From contig CAWGCS010000001.1 of NCBI GenBank assembly GCA_963821235.1, positions 616,119 to 680,118 of the forward strand: DNA of 64,000 bases. Direction: 5' to 3'. This stretch comes from an uncultured Chloroflexia bacterium (GTDB lineage Bacteria; Chloroflexota; Limnocylindria; Limnocylindrales; CSP1-4). Below the pieces are notes generated by a model. That model searched no databases. It worked only from the letters and a program-made list of their open reading frames with translations, and was not told the DNA's origin. A program made the translations under genes and the position numbers. Positions 47,289 to 54,802 of the stretch are shown in pieces; position 1 is the stretch's first letter; the number at the start of each line of letters is the position of its first letter.

Positions 47289-48059
47289 GTGACGAGCGCC
47301 GCCCTCCCCCCGACGGCCGCCGCTCCCGCCGCCGGCAGCGACACGGCGCCGGGAGCGGGGACGGCCGCGCGCGCGGTCCTGGCCCTCCGCGGCGTCGGGA
47401 AGACCTACCCCAACGGCAAGGTCGCCCTCCGCGACATCGACCTGGCCCTCGGCGAGGGTGAGTTCGTCTTCCTGGTCGGCCCGTCGGGGGCCGGCAAGTC
47501 CACGCTCCTCCGGCTCCTCATCCGCGACGAGCTGCCGACCGCCGGCGAGCTCATCGTGGACGGCCAGGACCTCCTCCGCGTGCCCCGACGCCGGGTGCCC
47601 GAGCTCCGCCGCCGGATCGGCATCGTCTTCCAGGACTTCAAGCTGCTGCCGACGCGAACGGTGCGCGAGAACGTCGCCTTCGCCCTGGAGGTCACCGGGA
47701 CCCCGCGGGGGCGGATCGGGCCGGCCGTCGACCGCGCCCTCGCCGTCGTGGGCCTCAGCCCCCAGGCCGAGCAGCTTCCCACGACCCTCTCCGGCGGCGA
47801 GCAGCAGCGGACGGCGATCGCCCGGGCCCTCGTCCACGATCCGCGCCTGATCATCGCCGACGAGCCGACGGGCAACCTCGATCCCCTGATCTCGTGGGAG
47901 ATCATCCAGCTGCTCCTCCGCATCAACGAGCTCGGCGTCACCGTCCTCATGGCGACCCACAACGCCGATGTCGTGACCTCGCTCCGGCGGCGCGTCGTCG
48001 CCCTGGAGGAAGGCCGGATCGTCCGCGACGGGGTCGGCGGCTACCACCGCGAGGATTGA
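47289..48059 (+). CDS. ftsE: Cell division ATP-binding protein FtsE
   Basis: GPSGAGKST, VFQDFKLL, LSGGEQQR, ADEPTGNLDP. Confidence 0.92.
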   Translation: MTSAALPPTAAAPAAGSDTAPGAGTAARAVLALRGVGKTYPNGKVALRDIDLALGEGEFVFLVGPSGAGKSTLLRLLIRDELPTAGELIVDGQDLLRVPRRRVPELRRRIGIVFQDFKLLPTRTVRENVAFALEVTGTPRGRIGPAVDRALAVVGLSPQAEQLPTTLSGGEQQRTAIARALVHDPRLIIADEPTGNLDPLISWEIIQLLLRINELGVTVLMATHNADVVTSLRRRVVALEEGRIVRDGVGGYHRED

Positions 48060-48069
48060 GGAGCGCGAC

Positions 48070-48990
48070 CTGACCGCGATCGTCGGCTTCCCCCGCTTCC
48101 TGGCCTTCAGCATCGGTCGCGCGCTGCAGGGGATCCGGCGCAACGCGCTCATGAGCCTCGCCGCCATCGCGACGATGCTCCTGATGCTCCTCCTCCTGGC
48201 GGGTTTCTGGCTCCTCCAGGCGGGCCTCGTGGCCGGCGTCGCCTACGTCGAGGAGAAGGTCGAGATCGTGGCCGACCTGCGCGACGTCGCCGGGGCAGAC
48301 CCCGTGCTGGCCGTCCAGGCGCAGGCGCTCGCGGCCGAGGTGGCCGCCCTCCCCGAGGTCCGGACGGTGCGCTACGTCTCCAAGGAGGAGGCCCTGGCCC
48401 GCTTCCGGCAGCGCCTGCGGGAACGGAACCAGGTGGACCTCACCGGGTACCTCGACCGCAACCCGCTGCCGGCCAGCCTGGAGGTCAGCCTCGTCGACCC
48501 CCGGGAGTACCAGCCGGTGGTGGACCTGCTCTCGTCGCACGAGGAGGTCGTCGAGGACGTCGTCGAGGTCCAGCAGCTCATCCAGCGCCTGACGTCGGTG
48601 ACGGACGTCCTGCGGACCGGCGGCTTCGTGGTCCTCGTCCTGGTGGGCTTCGTCGTGCTCTTCATCATCGTGAACACGATCCGGCTCGCCGTGGTCGCCC
48701 GCCGCGAGGAGATCGAGATCATGCGGCTCGTCGGCGCCTCCGACGCCTTCATCCGCTGGCCGTTCATCTTCGAGGGGGCCATCGTCGGGCTCCTGGGGGC
48801 GGCCCTCGCGCTCGGCATCCTGGCCCTCCTGGCGCCCCCGGTCAGCGAGCTCATGTACGGCTTCTTCCGGGTCCTGCCGCTGCAGCTCGGGACGCTGGCC
48901 CGCGACGTCGTGCTCCTGGTGGGGGGAACGGGCCTCGGGGTCGGCGTCCTCGGCTCCTGGATCTCCGTGCGGAGCTACCTGACGAAGTAG
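48070..48990 (+). CDS. ftsX: Cell division permease FtsX (start probably CTG 48070; first ATG at 48151)
   Basis: RRNALMS, SKEEAL, NPLP, NTIRL..RREEIEIMRLVGA..FIRWPF..EG. Confidence 0.9.
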   Translation: MTAIVGFPRFLAFSIGRALQGIRRNALMSLAAIATMLLMLLLLAGFWLLQAGLVAGVAYVEEKVEIVADLRDVAGADPVLAVQAQALAAEVAALPEVRTVRYVSKEEALARFRQRLRERNQVDLTGYLDRNPLPASLEVSLVDPREYQPVVDLLSSHEEVVEDVVEVQQLIQRLTSVTDVLRTGGFVVLVLVGFVVLFIIVNTIRLAVVARREEIEIMRLVGASDAFIRWPFIFEGAIVGLLGAALALGILALLAPPVSELMYGFFRVLPLQLGTLARDVVLLVGGTGLGVGVLGSWISVRSYLTK

Positions 48991-49137
48991 CCAGCCGGAC
49001 CGGGTCGGCCGGCCGACGTTGGCGGCGGATCCAGTCCCAGGCACCCGGGCGACCGGCGCCCGAGGGCCCGTGGCCGACGGCCGATGTACGCTTCACCCTC
49101 GCGCCGACCGGCGCGCCGCACCCCCCAGGATCCGCCG

Positions 49138-50514
49138 ATGATCGAACCACAGGACCGCCAGCCGGGTGCGCCTGCCCAGGCTCCCGCCGCCGAGCTGCCG
49201 GCTGGCCAGCCGGCCCCGGCCCCCACCGCCGGGAACCCGGCCCGCCGGCGGATCGGGTCGCTGCAGGTCGCGATCGTCGTCGTCGCCATGCTGGCCGGCA
49301 GCGCCCTCTTCCTGTCCGGCTTCTCGCTGGGCGCCCGCACCGCGACCACCCCGGGGACCCCGGCGGCCGAGGCAGACCTGTTCGCCCCGTTCTGGGACGT
49401 CTACGAGTCGATCACCAAGAGCTACGTCGGCGAGATCGATCGCCAGAAGCTCGTCCAGGGCGCCATCGACGGGATGATCGGGGCGCTCGACGACCCGTAC
49501 TCCTCGTACATGAGCCCGGAAGAGCTCCAGAAGGCCCGCGAGGACGTCGCCGGCGAGTTCTCGGGGATCGGCGCGGAGGTGACCGCGCGTTCCACCGACG
49601 CCGGCGCGGCGACCTGCGCCACCATCGGCCCGACCTGCCGGATGGTCGTCGTCTCGCCGATCGACGGCTCCCCGGCGCAGCATGCCGGCGTGCTGGCGGG
49701 CGACGTCCTGACCGCGGTCGACGGGACGCCCGTGGACGGCCTGACGCTCGACGCGGCGATCGCGCGGATCCGCGGGCCCAAGGGGACGTCGGTCGTCATC
49801 ACGCTGGTCCGCGGCGACGGCCCGCCGTTCGACCTGACGATCGTCCGGGACACCATCGTCCAGCGCCAGGTGGAGGTCCGCGAGCTGGCCGGCGGGACGG
49901 TGACCTACCTGAGGATCGCGGGCTTCTCCGACAACGCGGCGCGGCAGCTGGAGACGGCCCTCCGGGCCGCCCGCGAGGCAGGCGTCGGCAAGTTCATCGT
50001 CGACCTCCGCGACAACCCGGGCGGCTACGTCACGGCCGCGCGATCGATCGCCAGCCAGTTCATCGGTCAGGGACCGATCTTCTGGGAGGAGGCCGCCGAC
50101 GGGACCCAGGTGGAGACCGACGCCGAGCCCGGCGGGGCGGCGACCGATCCCGGGATCCGGGTGGCGGTCCTGGTCAACGGCGGCAGCGCCTCCGCGAGCG
50201 AGATCGTGGCCGGCGCGCTCCAGGACACGAAGCGGGCGACACTCGTCGGCGAGACGACGTTCGGCAAGGGCACGATCCAGCAGTGGGTGGACCTCACGGC
50301 CGAGTCGGGCGGCTTCCGCCTCACGATCGCCAAGTGGCTGACACCCGACAAGCGCTGGATCCACCACACGGGCCTGACCCCCGACGTCGTCGTCCCGACC
50401 GCGAGCGCGGGGGCCGGCGAGCCGGGCTCGACGGGCGATCCCTATGTCGACGCCGCGCTCGACGTCCTCGACGCGGCGACGGGCTCGACGGTCGTCCAGC
50501 TCCGCGCGGCGTAG
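49138..50514 (+). CDS. ctpA: S41 C-terminal processing protease with PDZ domain
   Basis: DPYS, GIGAE, DLRDNPGG, SASASEIVAGALQD, TFGKG. Confidence 0.9.
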   Translation: MIEPQDRQPGAPAQAPAAELPAGQPAPAPTAGNPARRRIGSLQVAIVVVAMLAGSALFLSGFSLGARTATTPGTPAAEADLFAPFWDVYESITKSYVGEIDRQKLVQGAIDGMIGALDDPYSSYMSPEELQKAREDVAGEFSGIGAEVTARSTDAGAATCATIGPTCRMVVVSPIDGSPAQHAGVLAGDVLTAVDGTPVDGLTLDAAIARIRGPKGTSVVITLVRGDGPPFDLTIVRDTIVQRQVEVRELAGGTVTYLRIAGFSDNAARQLETALRAAREAGVGKFIVDLRDNPGGYVTAARSIASQFIGQGPIFWEEAADGTQVETDAEPGGAATDPGIRVAVLVNGGSASASEIVAGALQDTKRATLVGETTFGKGTIQQWVDLTAESGGFRLTIAKWLTPDKRWIHHTGLTPDVVVPTASAGAGEPGSTGDPYVDAALDVLDAATGSTVVQLRAA

Positions 50515-50537
50515 GCCGGCGCGGGGGGCCGAGGTCC

Positions 50538-50716
50538 TTGCCAGATTCCGCGGCTTCCTGTACGGTTCGCCCGACCGAAAGGAGGTGATGTGCAGTGACG
50601 GACAGTAGTCAGCGTCGTTGCACCACCTCGCAGGGAGCGGCCGCCTGACGGACGCCACCCGCGGGTGGGGCAACTTGAAACGCGTTCGAACGCCGGTCCG
50701 ATCGGACCGGCGTTCG
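50538..50716 (+). other. Candidate structured small RNA / 17-codon ORF unit
   Basis: TTGCCA-N17-TACGGT promoter, AAAGGAGGTGAT SD, GTG ORF 50595-50648, hairpin 50582-50629, 30-bp palindrome 50687-50716. Confidence 0.55.
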
Positions 50717-50789
50717 TGCGTCCGGGGATCGCCTGCGCCATGATGCGCGGCGTCCCGCCCGCACCACCGCCACCGAAGGAGCCCGACCG

Positions 50790-51254
50790 ATGGGCGAAGA
50801 GACGATCGCCCAGAACCGAAAGGCCCGCCACGAGTTCTTCATCGAGGAGACCTTCGAGGCGGGCATCGTGCTGACGGGGACCGAGATCAAGTCGATCCGG
50901 GCCGGCCACGTCAGCCTCCAGGAGGCCTACGCCCGGATCGAGCGGGGAGAGGCCTGGCTCGTCGGCGCTCACATCGCCCCGTACGCCGGCGGGAACCGGC
51001 TCAACCACGAGGCGAAGCGGACGCGCAAGCTGCTCCTCCACCGGGACGAGATCGACGAGCTGCTCGGCAAGACGAAGGCGAAGGGCCTGACCCTCGTGCC
51101 GCTGCGGCTCTACATCGATGACCGGAGCCACGCCAAGCTGGAGGTCGGCCTGGCCCGCGGCAAGCAGCTCCACGATCGCCGCCGCGACATCGCCGAACGC
51201 GAGGCCCGCCGCGACATCGCCCGCGAGCTGGCCGACGCCCGCCGAGGCAGGTAG
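50790..51254 (+). CDS. smpB: SsrA-binding protein
   Basis: NRKARHEF, EAGIVLTGTEIKSIR, RKLLLH, GKQLHDRR. Confidence 0.97.
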   Translation: MGEETIAQNRKARHEFFIEETFEAGIVLTGTEIKSIRAGHVSLQEAYARIERGEAWLVGAHIAPYAGGNRLNHEAKRTRKLLLHRDEIDELLGKTKAKGLTLVPLRLYIDDRSHAKLEVGLARGKQLHDRRRDIAEREARRDIARELADARRGR

Positions 51255-51272
51255 CGGCGGCGAGCCGCGAGC

Positions 51273-51839
51273 TCAGGCCTCGAGCGCCTCGGTGAATGCG
51301 GCCGGCAGGAGCCGCTCCACGATCACCACGTCGCGCCAGCGCCCGTCGAGGCGCCCGTGCCGCTCGTACGTGCCGACCTCGCGGAAGCTGAGTCCCTGAA
51401 GGAGCTGCCGGCTGGCCTCGTTCTCCACGAAGACGCGCGAGACCAGCTTCCAGAGACCCGCCTCGGCCGACGCTGCCAGGAGGGCCTCCATCGCCAGCCG
51501 GCCGACGCCGCGGCCGCGGGCCGCGCCGGCCACGTACACCGAGAACTCCGCCACGCCGGCGTAGCACGCCCGGGCGCGGTACTCGAAGGTGGCGGCGAAG
51601 CCGACGACCTCGCCGGCCGGATCCGCGACCACCACGACCGGATGGCGACCGTCGCTCCAGGCCGCGACGTCCTGCGCCGTCCGGTGCCGCGTCTCGAAGG
51701 TGGCGGTGCGCTCCTCGATCCCCTCGTTGTAGATGGCGGCGATGGCCGGGGCGTCGGCCGGTGTCGCCGCCCGGACGACGTGGCCGGCGTCCGCCCGGGC
51801 ACCGCGCCCGGCCGTCGGCCGGCCTGGCGACCCCGTCAC
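51273..51839 (-). CDS. Phosphinothricin/arsinothricin-type (ArsN1-like) GNAT acetyltransferase
   Basis: IAAIYNEGIEERTATFET, YRARACYAGVAEFSVYV, WKLVSRVF, WRDVVIVERL. Confidence 0.8.
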   Translation of the reverse strand: MTGSPGRPTAGRGARADAGHVVRAATPADAPAIAAIYNEGIEERTATFETRHRTAQDVAAWSDGRHPVVVVADPAGEVVGFAATFEYRARACYAGVAEFSVYVAGAARGRGVGRLAMEALLAASAEAGLWKLVSRVFVENEASRQLLQGLSFREVGTYERHGRLDGRWRDVVIVERLLPAAFTEALEA

Positions 51840-52315
51840 CGCGCCCGCGCCTCGCGAAGCGCCCGGGCGATCTGGGCGAGGTGCTGGACGTCGTGGGTGG
51901 CCATGTGGATGGCGTGGTTCTCCACCGTGATCCGGCCCTGCTCCTCGTGGCGGCCCGCCCGCGCCCACCCCGCCGGCTGGAGGGCCCGCAGGTCGGCCAC
52001 GACCGCCCTCCGGTGCGCGGTGAACGCGACGAACGCGCGGTGGAGGTCCTCGCCGGCATACCCGCGCTCGATCGCCCAGGCGTCCTGGTCGTAGGCCGGG
52101 AGGAAGGGCTCCCGCTCGTCGCGCATCGCCCGCAGCCGTTCGAGCGCCCGCTCCTCCGCGTCGCGCAGGTGGCAGACGACCTCGACGACGCTCCAGCCCT
52201 CGTCGCCGCCCCGGGCACGCCGAGCGAGGTCGTCGTCGACCACGGCGAGGAGCCCCTCCAGGGCGTCGGGTCCGGCCGCGAGGGCGGCGGTGAGATCGCT
52301 GGCGACGTCGTACAT
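51836..52315 (-). CDS. DinB family protein
   Basis: WSVVEVVCHLRDAE, HDVQHLAQI. Confidence 0.88.
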   Translation of the reverse strand: MYDVASDLTAALAAGPDALEGLLAVVDDDLARRARGGDEGWSVVEVVCHLRDAEERALERLRAMRDEREPFLPAYDQDAWAIERGYAGEDLHRAFVAFTAHRRAVVADLRALQPAGWARAGRHEEQGRITVENHAIHMATHDVQHLAQIARALREARAR

Positions 52316-52447
52316 CGGGCACCTCCGGCGTGTCGGACGGATGGTATCGCCGGCCCGCTGCCGGGGACCCCGACCGAACCCGGGGTAGAATGGGGACCGC
52401 CGGTCGTGAGGCCGGCGCGGGACGGCCGGTGCGCCGCTCCGATCGGT

Positions 52448-52821
52448 GGGGATGCGTGGTCTCGACGGGGCCCCGCAGCCCGGGAACGCGAGCCGAGGAT
52501 GCCGCTCTGGCCTCGACAAAAGGCGGCAAACCGAAGTACCTGCCAACAAGCAGCCTGCTCTCGCCCTCGCCGCTTAGGCGGTAAGGTGAGCGTGGAAGCG
52601 GCCTCCCCTCCGTGGGCCGTGGAAGCGTCACTCAGCGGAGGTGCAGCCCCGGCAAGCGCCGCGTAGCCGGGAGCGAAGCCCGATCTAGGGACACGTAGCT
52701 GGGCCGGTCAGCGCTCCTGCCGATGGGGGTGGGCCGGTCGAGATCAAGCATCGGACACGCTCGTAGTGGGTCCGGGTCACGGGTTTCGGACGGGGAGTTC
52801 GACTCTCCCCCATCTCCACCA
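52448..52821 (+). ncRNA. ssrA: tmRNA
   Basis: 5' GGGGATG pairs with 3' CATCTCC-ACCA with a G3-U wobble; GTTCGAC T-loop; tag ANKQPALALAA* at 52542-52577; TAGAAT -10 at 52386-52391; near smpB. Confidence 0.96.
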
Positions 52822-53129
52822 CTCCCTCCTGACGCCCGCCTCCGCGGGAGGATTGTCGGACTGACATTGACTTGGCCGCTGCGGACACCTGTCATGTCCG
52901 ATTGAAAGCGGCCATCGGTTCAGGCAGCGCGGCCGATCTCCCCGTCCTCATCTCCCAAGGCGAAGGGGCCCGAACGCCGAGCTGCGCCGAGCTGCATTGT
53001 GCAGGTGCGAGCCCCCCTTGACGGCGCGTTGTACCTTAGGCCGCGAGGGTCCCCACGCTATTTCGAGGTGGGTAACTTGACTCTTTACCAGCAGCTCCCT
53101 AAGGGGAGCGCATGACAGGTGCTCCGGAA

Positions 53130-53162
53130 AGGACCTCGCTGCTGCGGGGTCCTCTTCTTTTT
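53130..53162 (+). terminator. Intrinsic terminator
   Basis: AGGACCTCGC-TGCT-GCGGGGTCCT stem followed by CTTCTTTTT. Confidence 0.75.
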
Positions 53163-53329
53163 ATCGCATCAATCCCGCAGTGCAGCGGTGCAATGCGTGA
53201 TATATGCGAAGCACGACAAGACCCAGGCGAACCACGGTCTGTCCCGCAAGGACGCAGGAGCGGCCGTCCGCATCACGCCTCCGTCCCGGGTCTGCGGGCC
53301 AACTCCGGTTGTGTATCCGCGAGTCGCCC

Positions 53330-53842
53330 ATGAGGCCGAGAGACTCGCGGGCCTATGGCCTCCCGAGTGAGCTCGAACTGCGGCTGCTCCGCGACTGGAA
53401 GGACCATGCTGGTCACTCGTCAAACCACGCTCTCGAAGCCGCGGCATGCCTCACCGGACTGCACATCGACTCCGTTCGCAAGGCCTTCTGGCGGACGAGG
53501 TACAGGATCGACCGCGAGTGGGCGCACTGGGACCGGTCTGTGGAGCAGTACCGCGACTGGATCGAAGTCGGGGTTTTGCCCGGAGGGCGCGGCAGCAGTC
53601 TCCGCAAGCCGGCCGACATCATGGAGCTGCATGACCTTCTCGAGCTGAAGCTCGTACTCCCGTTTGTCGTGCTCGTCCATCGGCTGGAGAGACGGTACAT
53701 GGATCCGGTGATCCGAGCGTTCCTCCACGAGAGCGAGTCCCGAGTCAGATGCCCTCAGTGTGCAGGGGCATCCCCGAAGGCGGGGTTACGGCTTCGGAGG
53801 AGGCGCAACTACCCGGAGTTGAGACCGCCACGCACTCCGTGA
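53330..53842 (+). CDS. Hypothetical protein with a CxxC near the C-terminus
   Basis: Protein-like composition from MRPRDSRAYG; no family recognised. Confidence 0.5.
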   Translation: MRPRDSRAYGLPSELELRLLRDWKDHAGHSSNHALEAAACLTGLHIDSVRKAFWRTRYRIDREWAHWDRSVEQYRDWIEVGVLPGGRGSSLRKPADIMELHDLLELKLVLPFVVLVHRLERRYMDPVIRAFLHESESRVRCPQCAGASPKAGLRLRRRRNYPELRPPRTP

Positions 53843-54033
53843 CGCCACGCATCGGCGCCGACCGGCTGGGCGGCGATCACTGATCGCTCGACGGCGAACC
53901 GAAGGTGCGACCTGGCGCCTTGCGACGAGGGCCGGGTCGAGCGCCCGCTCTTCGGAGTTCTGCGATACCCCGATCGTCACCGCCCCGCAGCCGCTATCCT
54001 CGCCGCCATGGGGACCCTCGACCTGGCGCCCGG

Positions 54034-54207
54034 ATGACCCCCTCCGAGTTCGCCGCGAAGTGGCGCGGCGTGACGACCGGCGAGCGGGCCTCGGCCCAGT
54101 CCCACTTCGGCGATCTCTGCCGGATGCTCGGCGAGCCAACCCCGACCGATGCCGACCCGACCGGTTCCTGGTACGCCTTCGAGAAGGGGGCCGAGAAGCT
54201 CGACGGC
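54034..54207 (+). pseudogene. N-terminal fragment of an MmeI/YeeA-like type IIL restriction-modification enzyme
   Basis: MTPSEFAAKW..ERASAQSHFGDLCRMLG..DPTGSWYAFEKG resembles the family N-terminus; similarity ends after ~58 aa. Confidence 0.75.
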
Positions 54208-54239
54208 AGGCCGCAGGGCGGCGAGAGGGAGGCGCTGAC

Positions 54240-54405
54240 TCTCGCGCCTCGCGTCAAGATGCGGGGATAGCGACGCCCGGCGACCTCGGCCAGGCTCGGG
54301 CGCTCTCGGACGTGCCCTCGTAGCAGGCGCGACAGCCGCAGCCAGCGACCGAGACGCGCGAAGGCGTGCTCCACGCGGTAGAGCGGCGCGACCGGCGTGA
54401 AGCCG
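54240..54405 (-). mobile_element. IS5-family transposase C-terminal remnant
   Basis: GFTPVAPLYRVEHAFARLGRWLRLSR/(frameshift)CYEGTSESARAW resembles the IS5 consensus VERTFAWL.R.RRL.RDYE. Confidence 0.65.
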
Positions 54406-54570
54406 CTAGTGTCCCGCGTCTGACTCCCGTTTACGGGCGTGCGGCAGGATCTCGTCGGCCGTCCGGGTCCAGGTGAATGGGTGGCAGGCGCTCGTTCCAG
54501 CCGCCGATGAAGGTGCGGATCGCGGTGACGAGCTCCGGGACGATGGCGTACGAGCCACGGCGGATCCGGC
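54406..54570 (-). mobile_element. IS630-family transposase C-terminal remnant with right end
   Basis: IRRGSY..VPELVTAIRTFIGGWNER/(frameshift)CHPFTWTRTADEIL..GH*, ending in GGACAC-TAG. Confidence 0.75.
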
Positions 54571-54608
54571 CCCTGTGAAACCAGTGGTACAGCGGTCGGT
54601 CGGAGTCG

Positions 54609-54782
54609 GTGGTCGGCCGCGCGTTCAACCGCAGCGACGCCTCGATCCAGCTCAGGATCCGCCAGGGCCGGCTCATCGCCGAGCGAATCGGCACCGAACA
54701 CGGCATGTACCTGATCCGCGAGTCCGAGGTCCGCCGCGCGAAGAGGGCGATGGCGCCGAAGGGCGATATCCAGGACGACTGA
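54609..54782 (+). CDS. Excisionase-like (HTH_17/MerR-type) small DNA-binding protein, possibly 5'-truncated
   Basis: VGRAFNRSDASIQLRIRQGRLIAERIG..YLIRESEV; below the ORF-track length cutoff. Confidence 0.5.
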   Translation: MVGRAFNRSDASIQLRIRQGRLIAERIGTEHGMYLIRESEVRRAKRAMAPKGDIQDD

Positions 54783-54802
54783 CCGCGGGCGAGCCCGGCG
54801 GG

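Noticed and set aside
50500-50514. CtpA ending in -AA as a deliberate ssrA-like degron
   Set aside because: AtpB, AtpE and PrfA also end in AA; expected from Ala-rich high-GC coding
50576-50592. 16S rRNA fragment on the minus strand
   Set aside because: The match is limited to the anti-SD complement; the flanks are not rRNA-like
52780-52821. Stand-alone tRNA gene
   Set aside because: This is the T-arm/acceptor half of tmRNA; it pairs with 52448-52454 and has no anticodon arm
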